DNA from: Lama guanicoe
Taxonomy: Eukaryota
Direction: 5' to 3'
NCBI GenBank assembly: GCA_013239625.1
Contig: MU054187.1
Span: 5,343,757-5,407,756, forward strand
Length of the DNA stretch: 64,000 nt
The notes below the pieces were generated by a model, which saw nothing but the letters and a program-made list of their open reading frames with translations, was not told the origin of the DNA and made no database searches. Position numbers and translations under genes: made by a program. Positions 1 through 13,109 of the stretch are shown one piece after another; position 1 is the stretch's first letter; the number at the start of each line of letters is the position of its first letter.

Positions 1-350
1 TGATGACTGGGGTGGTTTAGCTGATGTAAATTTTGTGCTAGAGGCAAAACCAGAAAATGAAAAGTTGTGTGGAGAGAGATTTTTGAAACATTCTTTCTGG
101 GTTAGCCAGTCTTGGTCATGACTGAGAGAATTCAGCTGTTCTGCCCTCCACAGCCTTGCCGCTTTTCCACCCACCCCAGAAGAAACCTACTCTTCTTTTT
201 GTCTGTTGTATACCTGCTAAGTGCAGCACCATGGTATCAAGGAGAAGGCATTTTGCATGTTTGTGAAAACAAGATTTGCCTACCTTCACAGTCTTCCTAA
301 TGACAAGTCTCATTCAAACTAAGGGATTAGTACCCATTCATACAACAGTG

Positions 351-902
351 TGTAGTGAGAGGCTTTCCAAGAGTGGTTCCCAACCATCTCTACCTCCTGG
401 TACTCATGCCTTTGTGTAAGACCCCTCCTTGAGTGTGGGCTGGAACTAATGACTTGCTGTTAAGAAAATATGGCAAAAATGATGGGATAGCACTTCCATG
501 ATTATGCTACAAAAGATTGTGGCACATCTTACTGGACTTTTTCCATTGCTTTCTTGGGTTGCATTTTTTAGTGTAACCAGCTGCCATGTTGGAAAAGTCC
601 ATGTGGCAAGAAACTTAAGGTAACTCAGTCCAACAGCCAGAAAAGTACAGAGTCCTTCAGTCTAACAACCCCTGAAGGTCTGAATCTTGCCAACAACCAC
701 ATGAGGAAGCTTAGAAGCGGGTCCTTCTCCATCTGATCCTTCAACACTTTGATTGCAGTCACGTGAGACACTCTGAGACAGAGGACCCACCTAAGCCATC
801 CTCAGATTCCTGACTGTCAGAAACTGTGAGATAATAAATGTGTGTTGTTTCAAGCTGTTAATTTTGGAGCCACATGCTATGTAGTGGTAGATAATCAGTA
901 CA
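351..902 (+). mobile_element. MaLR solo LTR (MLT1E/F/G-like)
   Basis: TG...CA ends; ctacctcctggtactcatgcc, gagtgtgggctgga, gaaactgtgagataataaatgtgtgttgttt. Confidence 0.85.
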
Positions 903-1693
903 GTGTATATTTAATTCATATGCTAAAATTCTAACAAGATTGGTCTGTTTCTATAATATTATGTAAGAATATAGTACACACGTGTAGGTTTCATCCCCTT
1001 TGGACCCATTAATTAATTACATTTTTGGTTGACTCTTCTGGAAGTGTCTCCATTCATTCTTTCCAACACTTTAGCTTCTCTTTACTTTAGGTAAATTCTT
1101 GCCAAAGATATTTGTTGGAGGTTTTTTCTTCAAATTGTGGAAACAATTTCTTGAAATAAAGGGCTTTACATTTAAGTATAACTTTACAACTGAATGTGAG
1201 TGCAGAGTTGAGTGAGAGGTGCACTATAAATGTCAAAATAAATACCCAACAGACAAATCAGAGACACGTGTTGCTCTGTTGGATGTTTGAGTGCATGTAT
1301 TGCTTTGTTTATTGATTTATTTTCTCCCTGACTATGTCTGAAGGTTAGAGAGGAAAGACTGGAGTCAAGGAAGGGAATTTAAATCATTTCTATTGGGCCT
1401 GAGACAAATAGGTTATTGCATTTAAAAATAATAATTGGAAAGTAAGGATCTTGTTTTAAAATTATTACACTTCCTCTAAGGCATCATACTGTGCTCTTTG
1501 TATTCCAACTATTTTTAAAAGTCATGTGGAAAATAATAGCCTTTCTCTGGAATTTCACTGTAGGGTGATGCGGCTTCAGGATTTCCCCCTACATATAAAT
1601 GCATCAGCGACACTGTTGGGTCCTTTCCAGTAACAACCTTACAGTCTTTATGACGTTGACATTTCTCCCAGCCACTTGGAAGAAGTTCTGTAC

Positions 1694-1802
1694 CAGAAAT
1701 GTTTTCCCCTAGGAAGCACCATTTTTGACTGTGTTCTTTAAGTTCGGAACAGTTTGGTCTACCCGTTCTTCGATCTCATGAACATCAAATCAAAATTGGT
1801 AA
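1694..1802 (-). pseudogene. Exon-like module, 109 nt: TNFDLMFMRSKNG*TKLFRT*.../QKWCFLGENIS
   Basis: Acceptor ctcttcttgctttcaag, donor CTG|GTACAG. Confidence 0.35.
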
Positions 1803-2231
1803 CTTGAAAGCAAGAAGAGTGCATGTTTAGTGGCTAAATTGGTTTTCCTCCCTCAGGCTAAAATCTCAAGGTTTCTTCCAAGAGGTACAGATTGTTCTGG
1901 CTACAAAAATCTTAGAAATCTCATGTGCCTGATATATTTTTAATTTTCCCTTTATACCTCCCAATGTGAAAGAGAAAGAGGGATTTTAAATGAGTAGTTT
2001 GCAACATTGTATATAGTGTAGTACAGGGTTTTTTTTTTGGAAATTGTTTCTTTTGAAATTTCTAATACGAAATGGGAAAGAAACTACAAATCTGTAAACC
2101 TGAAAATTTGTACATCTAAAAGCAGAAAGAGAACTGGGAAGAGTGACTGCATCTTTTCTCAATCCAGTTCCTTGGAACTATGGTTTGTTTCATAACCAAC
2201 GGGCATCTAGTTACTTAAAGAGAAAACATAC

Positions 2232-2289
2232 GTAAGATCACTTAGGATGAAGGCCTCTTTGTGGGAAGATAAATATGCAAATCTGATTT
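2232..2289 (-). pseudogene. Exon-like module, 58 nt: (E)IRFAYLSSHKEAFILSDL
   Basis: Acceptor cctttctctag, donor TAC|GTATGT; SHKEAFILS resembles GNEKAFIVS. Confidence 0.45.
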
Positions 2290-2769
2290 CTAGAGAAAGG
2301 TATCCATGTTTAATCAACGACACAATTACGGGAGCGTCGTCCTTGACAAACAAGTATATATGGTAACAGACATCTCTTTGTTGTTCAGCCTCCATAAATA
2401 TGCTTTAGCGCTCAATTGGCAGCTAATTAAAAAATAATTAGAGACTCGAAGAATAAAAATTTACATTTGGTTGCATCAGTTAACTCACTGCCTTTAATAC
2501 ATTGCCCTTAGTTGCCTTCCACATAAGAGTTTTGCCACATTTATTCCTCTTGCCAAGTGAAGTGTCAGGAAGCTAAGAGTTATTAGAGCATTCTAATTGA
2601 AATTTGAAAACTAATTAGAATGTGTGTTCCTATTTAGAAGCTGCTGAACTAAAGAGTCGGGAGCGAAAATAAATCACTATATTTATACTGTAAGTGTCAT
2701 ACATTCTCAAAATTAAATTCAAACGTGAGACTTGATTTACAACATAACCAAAAATACACACCAAAGCAC

Positions 2770-2847
2770 TTAAAACTTCTTCAAAAAAAAGTTGTGAAGA
2801 TATTTTTGAAACTAAATAGAAATAAAATCTGCTTTTCCTGGGATAAA
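2770..2847 (-). pseudogene. Exon-like module: (V)YPRKSRFYFYLVSKISSQLFFEEVL
   Basis: Strong acceptor ttctcctccttgctgttttacttgttag; VYPRKSRF resembles VYRRPSGW; donor uncertain. Confidence 0.35.
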
Positions 2848-3022
2848 CTAACAAGTAAAACAGCAAGGAGGAGAATTCTAACAACATTATATGGAAAATG
2901 TGGCGACACTGGCCAGTATCAGCAGTTTCATTCGCAGGAACTGCATGGGATTAAACTTTTGCAAAGAAAAAATTGGCAGGCAAAATTGTCAAACTCTTTC
3001 CAGAAATCAACTGACAAAGAAA

Positions 3023-3052
3023 ACACACACACACACACACTCACACATACAC
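3023..3052. repeat. (CA)n microsatellite
   Basis: Directly visible. Confidence 0.9.
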
Positions 3053-3424
3053 GTAGAGTCAAGAAAATTCTAGCATCAATGGGATATCCCCAAACCTCAT
3101 ACAAAGATACATGAGCCAAAAGACAGCATTTAAGAGTCTGTGACTATCTGAGTTTATGTTTAAAAATATACATACATTTCAAGAAAGAAACAATGCCTAC
3201 ATTTTATGACACAGGGAGTTATCCCTTGGGGGTTATTTATTTTGAGGATGCTCAACATTTGAATAAAATAGAACCCATCCAAATATGAGAGATCACTGCA
3301 TCCTTTTTTCACGAGTGGTGTCAGTCGCCTGAAAAGGACAGAGCCCCTACCTCCAGGCCAGTCCCTCTCTGTCCACAACAATGTGCTCTCCCTGTTTCCT
3401 GTGCCCAGGCTGTTCCAGGTGTTC

Positions 3425-4180
3425 GTTCAATCCAGTCAGCAAATCCTCATTGAAAGATGTCTTCTTTGTTATAGGTGCTATTCAGGGAATAAAACCCACA
3501 GAAATCCCTGACCTTGTGGATCCCACAGTGGAGGGGAGGAGGTATCTGTAAAGTAAAACCCAGTTTACCTTAACTGGCTTTCCAAACTGGCTTTTCATTT
3601 ACCCATCCATCCACTCGCTTGCCAGGAAATAGCAGACATCGGAGCAGCAGTGGGACTCCCCAGTTGAAGAGACAATCAACAAGTCAAAAGGGATGTAATC
3701 AGATAAAAGAGGGCCCTCCCTTACTCTGCAAATGGTATAATCCCAGAGCTTCTCTGTCACCACCTACGTGTGTCAATAAGCTTGTGGCTTTCCATATGAC
3801 ATAGGAAAAGTGATAGAAAGTTAACTTGGGTAACACATGACATCGCATTTTGTCACAGAAGAGAGTTTTTAGTTCAAACTAAAAGGCTGAGTAAAGCCAG
3901 GATTGTGTGGCTGTGGTCAGATCAATTGCCTGAAAAATCTGCAGGGCAAGAGCCACTGGGGCGGCGGCTGGTGAGGGAGATGAGAGAGCATCCACACGCA
4001 GTCCTAGAGTCCTCTGGGGACATGGAGTGTGCTCCTGGGGTCCAGGGGACTGCTGGAGAGAGAACAGCTCCCATTAGAGAAGCTGGAGGTATCCCCGGAT
4101 GCCTGGGGAACGAGGAGGTTCGAGGAGGAGAGCTGTGAGACAGAGGTCCCTGTCCCTGGCCTGAGGGGCACTTGAACCCA
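3425..4180 (-). mobile_element. Degraded L2 LINE fragments
   Basis: L2 3'-tail-like ttcaatccagtcagcaaatcctcattga and purine-rich antisense body. Confidence 0.45.
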
Positions 4181-4419
4181 ATGAACTGTCATGACCATCA
4201 ACAGGCAGAGTTGCCCTGTAATGGTCATGTCAGAACTGGCTCGTGACTCTCTATCCATCTCCCTCCCTTCACTGCCTCCTCTGCAGTAGATGGATGAAGA
4301 GCTGGAGGAGAGGAGAAAGGAGAGGTGGTCCTACTCAGAGAGGAAAGAGTGAAGGCGACCAGATCCCCTTCCCTGAGGGCTGGTCTCCCATCTGCAAGAG
4401 ATCCAGACTCAGTGGGCAG

Positions 4420-4447
4420 GTGTGTGTGTGTGTGTGTGTGTGTGTGT
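4420..4447. repeat. (TG)n microsatellite
   Basis: Directly visible. Confidence 0.95.
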
Positions 4448-5211
4448 ATTAGGTTGCAAGATTCAAGAGTCTAAAATAGTGACTATACAAGGCACTGGGC
4501 ATTCCTTTAAGGATCTTGATTTTTTTTAAGTAGCATTTTTCTTCTATTCTCCTGGATGTGTATCCACTGCTACCATATAATGAATTGTCTGACTTTATTC
4601 TCGATATATAGTTGCAGTCAGACCATCTCAGCACACAGAGTTCTCCTAGAATGAAAGTAACACAGCCTCGCATCTAGCTAAATGACCCTCATGTGGCCTG
4701 ACATGGTGAACGTGCGTCTTGAAATGCCCAGTTTCTACACTGGCAGCATCTGGTTGGTGATGGTTGTGTGTGTACACACTTAGAAACTAAATTGCTGATA
4801 CACTAATTTAGCATGTCATCATGATCAATGCCAATCACTTCAGGAAAAATTGATCATGCGGTAAATTGTATTGACCTTGAAGGTAAGTAGTGAAAGATCC
4901 TACCAGACTGGGTTTCAGTCATTTTGTAGGGAGAGACATAGGCTGACCTTTCATTAAGCTCTAAAAGGCCCTGATGCAACATCAGATCCCAGATATTATC
5001 TGTGACTATTTTAATAAGTATTTGACTTTAGATTAACATGTTATTTGTGTGAGTTAAACAGTGTGAAACTATAACAAACATATGATATCTTTGAAGCTGA
5101 GCTCTTGTGCTGACACAGCTGTTAAAACACCCCTTTAGCTCTCACGCAGAACCCCGTAAGAAGAGCGTGGAAATATTACTTGGAGAAAAACTGCCGAGGA
5201 AGTTCACTCAC

Positions 5212-5272
5212 AGATTCCTGCATCCTCTGGCAAAGTGCTGCGTGGCTTTGAGCTGACCTTGAAATTTATGGT
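5212..5272 (-). pseudogene. Exon-like segment, 61 nt: (D)HKFQGQLKATQHFARGCRN
   Basis: Acceptor tctttgtgccag, donor TCT|GTGAGT. Confidence 0.35.
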
Positions 5273-5566
5273 CTGGCACAAAGACTCATTAAACTGGGAA
5301 CAGCTTGTGTAATGTCTTGATGGTACGTGGTACCCAGAAGTGTGTTAGCAGTAGGAAGAATCAAAAATCTCCAATTTAGTTTAATTATGGCCTGTGATTT
5401 TGAGAAGTAGTCACAAAGTTGAATGCCAGTCTAAGGAAAAAGGACGATGTGTGTGATCTTCTAAGTGTACTTAAAGCAGAGGCGGGAAGCAGGCTGACTT
5501 TGCGGTGAACAGCTGGTAGACGTGAGAGCGGTGCAGTGACTTTTATCAGGTCTCTTGTAAACTTAC

Positions 5567-5624
5567 GGATTGGTCCCCTTTTTTCTTAGCTCTGCAGAGC
5601 GAGAGGAAGTGTACTTGTGCTTAT
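5567..5624 (-). pseudogene. Exon-like segment: (D)KHKYTSSRSAELRKKGTN
   Basis: Donor TCC|GTAAGT; begins DKHKY, resembling (D/Y)KQRY. Confidence 0.3.
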
Positions 5625-5995
5625 CTGATACATGAATGAGAAACCACACCCTCTTAACGGCAGCATATCTGAGCCTGAGGGCAACTGACACCCTCATTAC
5701 ACAAAGAGTCATAAAATTTCAATTGGACCCAAGGTAGCACAAGTTAATCTTTATCCCTTGTGTTCCCTGAAAATGTCCAGGCTATTATGCACGTGAGTAT
5801 TTGGTTGGTATGGATTTATTCCACAGCATCTCATAATGTATATGAAAATTTATTTGGTAAATGATAAATACTCCATACAATAATGGAACTTTAAGATTAT
5901 CTATATGATATGAATAATATTGACCTATTAAAAATAAAATATAATTGGATCATTAACCATAAGAGAGAAGAATCTGCCAACTGAACTGGCCTCAC

Positions 5996-6077
5996 CCAGG
6001 GTCCCTGGTACAGGGGTAACTCTGGGTCATTGTTCACATGATTAGCAAGTGATTACCAGCAGTGCAGTTGGCATGGC
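5996..6077 (-). pseudogene. Exon-like segment, 82 nt
   Basis: Branch cttaac plus tcttccttccag, donor TGG|GTGAGG; stops present. Confidence 0.4.
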
Positions 6078-6174
6078 CTGGAAGGAAGAGTTAAGAGCTC
6101 CATCAGGTTCCCTCTTTCCAACATTCCTACTGGAATGGGGGAATGAACACTTTAAGTCTAGAAATTCCTTCTAC

Positions 6175-6243
6175 CTCCAACTTCCTTGTGGCTCAGCCCT
6201 ATCCTTGGGTTTTAAGAGATTCCAAAGGATCATGGAGGAATTC
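6175..6243 (-). pseudogene. Exon-like module, 69 nt, phase 1-1: (G)IPP*SFGIS*NPRIGLSHKEVG
   Basis: Long pyrimidine tract ending ccactag, donor GAG|GTAGAA; resembles GVPWSRTSYAVRI. Confidence 0.4.
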
Positions 6244-6781
6244 CTAGTGGAACAAACACACCACGAAGAATAAGGCAGAAGGTAAAAGAAAATTCTTTGC
6301 TGGTTACCATTTTCACCTCTTAAAGAAATGCAGTTCTGTGAGAAACAAGACTTTATCTGACCCAGTGTTTGCTTAACTTACATCCAGAAGCCTGACTTGC
6401 TAAGAATCAGTCTATAAATTGTAAGACAGATCCCCAGAACCTGTGTCACTGGATTTGGCATCTCCTGGGTGGTTCCTAGAACGGACTTCTTCAAATAGCC
6501 CCTAGGCAACTCTGGTGTACAGCCTCAGCCAGGCCGGGGCTGTGATACTGCTGACTGTCTCATTTTGCAGAGAAGATTGAGGCACAGTGTCTTCAAATGT
6601 CAAGCCCCAACTGCACAGTTAATACATGGAAGAACCTGGGGAGCACTGCCATCTTCTTGTTCTGAGTGCTTTTTCCAACCACCAATTCATTTTATTACGA
6701 TATTTGGAAACCTTATCAGCAGAATCAACACAATTAATTCTCAAGGACTATCAAAGCTGAAAATAAGTGAAAAACACCAGA

Positions 6782-7680
6782 AGAGTGTTCTGCCTATTTT
6801 TTTCCTCTAGTAGTTTGAGAGTATCTGGTCTTACATTTAAGTCTTTAATTCATTCTGAGTTTATTTTTGTATACCATCTTAGACAAGGTTCTAATTTCAT
6901 TCTTTTACATGCAGCAGTCCAGTTTTCCCAGTACCACTTATTGAAGAGACTGTCTTTTCTCTGTTGTATATTCATGCCTCCTTTGTCATAGATTAATTGA
7001 CCATAAGTGCATGGGCTTATTTCTGGGCACTCTATCCTGTTTCATTGATCTATGTGTCTGATTTGTGCTGGTACCATACTGTTTTGATTATTGTAGCTTT
7101 GTAGTATAGTCTGAAGGAGCATGATTTTTCCAGTTCTGTTCTTCTTTCTCAAGATAGTTTTGATTATTCAAGGTTTTTTGAATTTCTATACAAATTTTAA
7201 AACTATTTGCTCTATTTCTGTGAAGAATGCCATTGGTATTTTGATAGGGATTGCATTGACTCTGTAGATTGCCTTGGGTAGTATGGTCATTTTAACAATA
7301 TTGATTCTTCCAGTCCAAGAACATGGTATCTCTTTCTCTCTGTTTGTATAATTTTCAATTTCTTTCATCAGTGTCTTACAGTTTTCAATGTATAGGTCTT
7401 TTGTCTCCTTTGGTAGGTTGATTCCTGGGTATTTTATTCCTTATGTTAAGATAGTAAGAAGAATTCTTTCCTTAATTTCTCTTTCTGATAGTTTGTTATT
7501 AGAGTACAGAAATGCAACAGATATATATGTTAATTTTTTATCCTACAACTTTACCAAACTCACCAATGACCTCTAGTCATTTTCTGGTGGCATCTTTAGC
7601 ATTTTCTGTGTATAGTATCATGTCACCTGCAAACAATGACAATTCTACTTCTCTCTTTCCACTTTGGAATCTTTTTATTA
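6782..7680 (-). mobile_element. LINE-1 ORF2 fragment
   Basis: ORF 7186-7368 encodes [36 protein letters not shown], typical of L1 ORF2p. Confidence 0.95.
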
Positions 7681-7878
7681 AGAGTGGCAAGTAAGTGGAT
7701 ACAAACAAACAAACAAAAACAATGAAATAAAAATATATCAAACCTGAGCATTACCTTTTGTTGGGACAAGTTTGTCTCACTCCTTCATATTTTCCACAGA
7801 ATGTGCACTCAATCATAATCTCTTGAAGAAAGTGAGATGTTGAAAAGAACACTTTAAGCATTCTTCCATCCTACTTAC

Positions 7879-7966
7879 TTCTTCCTTGAGGACAGGGGGC
7901 TCATGACTCTGACTGGTTAGCACTTGATAGTCCCTGGACAGTGTTTTTAGGTTGGGCAGGGCATTC
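7879..7966 (-). pseudogene. Exon-like module ending ...LSSANQSES*APCPQGR
   Basis: Strong donor GAA|GTAAGT; ES*AP matches ESWAP; acceptor AG apparently lost. Confidence 0.4.
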
Positions 7967-8134
7967 CATCAAAAGGAAATGCAGGTGGATGTCTTCCTGG
8001 TTCTCACTGGAATAGCGTTCATCATGGATTTTCACAGTGGTAAGTAACAAACTTTGTGTGTATATATAGGTATGTGGTGCCAAGTGTCTGAAACTTGCAT
8101 CCTAGGACAGGAAAGTAGCCAATTTCAAAGCAGC

Positions 8135-8345
8135 ACAAGCTCTGTTCCAGGCGATGTTCTAAATGCATCACAAAAATAAAATCATTTCATCCTCAGAACA
8201 AGCCAAAGAGGTAGATTCTATTATTAGCTTTAGTTTACGTAGGAGGATGCACAGAAGAAGAAACTGAGTCAAAGCAATTTGTCCCAGGTTTGAAAGTCAG
8301 AGGGCTGCAAAACTGGGACTAAAATGTGGGTAGTTTGGACTTCTA
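8135..8345 (-). mobile_element. MIR SINE
   Basis: catttcatcctcagaacaag...agaaactgagtc core. Confidence 0.65.
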
Positions 8346-8477
8346 GAAAGAGGGTGAGGAGCTCAGCGAAGACTCTTTCCCAGAAAGGCTGATGTTAACT
8401 GGTGAAAATGAGTTAAAAAAAAAATCATTCATTGTCTTCATCAAAATTATTGAAATTCTGTGAAAACAATGAGATAC

Positions 8478-8574
8478 CCAGCATTCAATGTCACAAAGCA
8501 GCCATTGCTGGGGACCCTGCAGATGTTCCAGGAAATGTCTAAATATTCCTGCAGCTCCTCCTCTGTGGGGACAG
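8478..8574 (-). pseudogene. Exon-like module, 97 nt, open: (A)VPTEEELQEYLDISWNICRVPSNGCFVTLNA
   Basis: Acceptor ctttcttgtctcag, donor TGG|GTATCT; Y..SW and CF motifs. Confidence 0.45.
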
Positions 8575-9689
8575 CTGAGACAAGAAAGCTGGGAAGGGCA
8601 CCCATATCTCCAGAGGTGTGTGTCACTGTCCCTGGTGAATTCGCAGCCTGCAAACATCCATAGACACCATAACCCAGCTCTTGGCTACAGAAGATCTATG
8701 CTGGGCAATGGTGTTCGTCCCTGTCCCCCTTCCCCAATTCCCACTCTATAGGCAAAATTTCTGCCCAGATGAGGGTGGAGCAAGTCTCCAAGAGGGGCAT
8801 CAGCCCGTCCCTGCCAAGTCTGACAACTGAACTGAAAGTGACGGGCGAAACTGGTTATTCTGGTATTTAGATAAAGTCACTATTTCTCAATCACACTTGG
8901 ACTAAATTGGCCTCTTCATAGTCTGTCCAGTGCCATTCAGTCCACCAAGGATGCCGTTGACATTGCTCCCCGTGGGCTATCTTACTTGTTAAAATCATGA
9001 GAGAAGATCACGTTTGTTGATTTCTTACCCTGACACTTAGTACATTCTTTACTTTAATGTCGAGTCCCTGTTAAAGTTTTCAGACCACGAAAAATGAAAT
9101 AGTTATATATTAACTCACATAAGTAGACAACAGATTCATAAAGTGAAACAAGAAGGAGAAAGACTGATTAAGCTTAAGGTGTCCATTTGTCTCTGAAAAT
9201 GAGAGGTAAAAAAATAATAATCTGAACATAATCTATCATTGATCTTTTCTTAAAATGTTGTATGAGAAACACCATCTTTGTCAGAGAAAACATCTAGGAA
9301 AACCTTTGATTTGAATGATGGAGAAACTGAGAACAAAATGTATGAATGTGAGCAGATCCAGATATTGAATGCAGTTACCTACATGTATCTGTCAGTGGCC
9401 ATTCCTTCATTCTTCATTGACTGATTCATTCAGCCACTTTTTACCTTTATAAATACGTGATATATAAATATATTTTCTATCTTTATCTTGATACAACCAT
9501 TTACAGTCATACTAATACAAAATGTCATGTACTGAGCTAGAGGAAATGTTTTGGTGCTATTTTATTAAATCAAGGGGGAAAACCCCCAGATTTTATTGCC
9601 CCCACACAATCTTTAACTAATAGAAGGCATTTCCTCCGTTTTATAGATGAGGTCTCTTTTTCTCAATCATATAATAATAGAGGTTGGTA

Positions 9690-10024
9690 TGTGACTCAGT
9701 TCAGGCTATAACAAGACACCACAGAGTGGGTGGTTTAAATAACAAATGTTCTGGGGGACCAGAAATCAGAGATCGAGGTGCCAGCAGGGCCGGTGTCTGG
9801 TGAAGATCCGCTTCCTGACTTGTAGACGACCGCTTTCTTGTATCGTCACAGAGCTGAGAGACAGCTATGTCTCTGGTCTTTTTCTTGTAAGGACACTAAT
9901 CCCACGCATTGGGCTCCACCTTCATGACCTAATTGACTCCCCAAGGTTCCCCCTCCTAAGGCCATCACACTGAGAATTCAGTTTCAACACAAGAATCTGG
10001 GGGGACACGTTCAGTTCAGAGCAG
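9690..10024 (-). mobile_element. MaLR LTR (MLT1A-like)
   Basis: ctataacaagacaccacagagtgggtggtttaaataaca...aaggacactaatccc...ccttcatgacctaat. Confidence 0.85.
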
Positions 10025-12354
10025 CGGCATAAGCCCAGTGCGACCCCTTCTACTCCAGGGCTTCCCAATGTAAACACAGACTTGGATCCTATTGCTAGAT
10101 CGTTTAGGACTAACCCTGAATCTCAAAGTTCACATTCATTAATGCAACACTTTATGATAGTATTTGTAATTTGCCCAGCACACCTAAAGAGCCGGTGCTA
10201 ACTGACGCCAGCTTTTCATAGTAGCAAGAGGTCTACACACCCACATGTGGACCGATGGTGTTGATGTTTCCAGTTTTTCAGTTGCACATCTGTAACCAGA
10301 GCAACAGGCAAATGGTCAACGAACCTGCCTTACAATAGCCTGTGCGTTGGCCCCTCTGTCCCACCTCTTTCTCTGCCTTGGAGGCTCCCCTGATACCAAG
10401 GTACAGTGGACTTACGGGGTCTTCTGGACACTCAGACCTGGGTCACTCAGAAGTGTGGGTATTTAGCTCTGGAGGTCCACCCCGCTGAGCTGATGGGTTA
10501 GCGCTTCTGGCTCGGGTCCCCTCCAGGGGAATTTACATACAGGAAATACATTCTCCAGCCCAGCAGAAGGTCCTGGTGGAATTGAGTACTGTGGCCCTCA
10601 TCAGTGGCCAATCAGCCTTTTACTATCTTGCCCTTTCTCCATCTTCTTCCTGAGGTCACGTCTCAAATATTCTGCCTGCATGGAAGCCATTTAGATTCTG
10701 ACACCAAAATACGATAATGCGGCCAAGGCCGGGCAAGAGCTTTTGGCTGCTGGAGGAGGTGCCTGAATAATGTGTAAACACTGTTGCTTTGACCCTGGGA
10801 CATAATTTTATGATGTGTTCCCAGACCCAATCAGAAAAATGTCATGTTTAGTACTGGTTCTTTACTCCTCCTTTGACTTCCGTCTTTTGTTTAGAAATGG
10901 GTGTCATTTTCTTGCTTGCACAGTTGTCAACTGTTTTTCTTTTATCTTAGACAGATTATTAGTCTCATACACAACATCTCAGAAGATGAGTCTCTGGAAA
11001 ATAGATACTGTCCAAGATTCTAGCTGCCAAAATGACTGAAAGGCTTTAAATATGAGCATAAGAAATGTAAGAATTATCCTTATGTTGAGGGGAGCCACCA
11101 AATGTTTTCCAGGAGTGGAATGACTTGTTAATAGCTTCATTTAATTACATCACCTGCTGGTGATGTTGAAGGTGAGTTGATTTCATGACATCCCACGTAC
11201 AGAATCACATAATTCAACATAAAGGATGGGCCTTCTAATTTCTATTCCAGTTTCAGGATTGCAACTCAATATAATATATAATCTAATGTCATATTCAATT
11301 TAAAGATACTATAAACATTTAGTTAAATGTTCCTTTTGCTTGTGCAAAATTTTTATATCTTTCGTTTACATAACACAAATGTGTCAGTTATGTTTGTGTC
11401 TTTATTTTTTTACTAAATTAAACTTATCATCCATGGATTCTCTTTGTATAATATTTAATCAGTTAACTCCACAGAGGTTAACATAATGGTACTGTAGAAA
11501 TTATAGTATTTGTAATAATAATGATGCTTTAATGTATACTGATCACTTTCCACATTTAGGTTTGTTGGTGAAAATTCAAAGACCAAATTATATTAGGCAC
11601 TTGAATAAGCAAACATTATTTTATCATAATTTTTAAATAGATCCTTCCATTTTCTGAGCCTTAAGAGCTAGGATGCTAAGGCTAGTATGCTAAACATTGT
11701 ATTCTGTACTCCATTTAGACTTTGATTTGGATTTAAAATTCAAAATCACTTCCATCATTTCTATCCTTGTGAGTGTGTGCCTGTGGGGATATTAAAATAG
11801 AGAAAGAGCTACTTGGAGAGATGAAATGATTGAATTTGATGCCTAAGGCCAGAAACCTCATTTTGCTTATGTTAATATGTAGAACTTTCTGCACACCAAT
11901 TCATGCCTAGTAAATGCTTTTTCTTGATTTTGTGAAATTCAGCATTGAAATATTCAGCATTGTATTGAGAACCTTACTTCTTTTGTTGCAAATAGTGCTA
12001 GCAACCAATCTCAATCTAGTTTCTATTAGCATAGCTCAATTATAAAGTGGTTACACACGGTTATAGAAAATTTAAGCCTATGTGTTGCTTTCTCTAATGT
12101 CACTTTATTTAAGCTTGCAGATTGAAGCTATTGTAATCTTAGGTAAATCAGTAATTAACTTAGCATAGAGATAGAATGTGGAGATGAAATCATAAGACCC
12201 AGGAGGCAATTTTAAAGAAGAATTTTTAATAACTGTCTAGCAGAAGGCAATCCTTTTCAAAGTGGTAGCACAAATATCTCAGTGTCCCACTATGACAGGG
12301 TAACATTAGGAAGACAACTATTGTTAATATTATCTTTAAATTAGCTAGTTAATT

Positions 12355-13105
12355 TATACATTTCAGCAAATAGTCACTGAACACCAACTTCTTGGCATGC
12401 CAAGATGAATAATAAAGTGTCTCAGGCGTAGCTCAGCGCATCAGGTGGGGTTGAAAGGGGAGAGGAGAAATTTACAAACATACAATTGTAGCTTGAAATA
12501 GTAAATCATTTAGAAATGATTATAAAAATAATGGAAAATGGAATAAATGCCTGCGTCAATCATAAATACATCTTTCCAAAGAGAGAAGACACACATGGAA
12601 GAATCCACCGGCAGAGAACTGGGGTCAGCTCATCACAGGCAGAAAGAGAAGAGAGTGTGCGCAAGCTAAGATGCTTGGCAACGTTTTAGTTAATGGGGTG
12701 AGGATGACCGGGACGGCTGCAGTAGTGAGAAGCAGGATATGAGCACAGATAGGTGGGGTAGATGCGTTTTATGTAGAACCTTATATATAATGCTAAAGTG
12801 CTGAGGTTTGTAAGTAGGAGGCTGATTTAATGAGATTTGCCCTTTAGAAAAATAACTGGTGATGCAGAATGGAGACGGAGCTGGTGACAAGCAGAAAGTC
12901 GAAGCACGTGCTTGGTGAAGACTGAGTTTGAACTGAAGCTCCGGCAGAGGGAGTGTGGTGGTGGCAGTGCCTCCTGTGCTTCCCGGCTGATGCATTGTGG
13001 GAAATGAGGGGAAAAGGAAGAGTCCTGGGTGATGCCTAACATCCTCATGCTGATGGGGATGCTGCCATCAAGAAGGCATGGAATGTTGGAGGAGAAAAAT
13101 TGGGG
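12355..13105 (-). mobile_element. Degraded L2 LINE
   Basis: L2 tail-like start and body (gagatttgccctttagaaaaataactgg...gagtcctgggtgatgcct). Confidence 0.6.
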
Positions 13106-13109
13106 GACT

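Noticed and set aside
2275..2282. Octamer ATGCAAAT
   Set aside because: A single 8-mer is expected by chance in 64 kb of AT-rich DNA, and it lies within a candidate exon.
6767..7694. Cluster of ORFs at 6.8-7.7 kb (also 14.4, 18.5, 24.3-25.1 and 32.2 kb)
   Set aside because: LINE-1-derived fragments or their antisense frames, not host genes.
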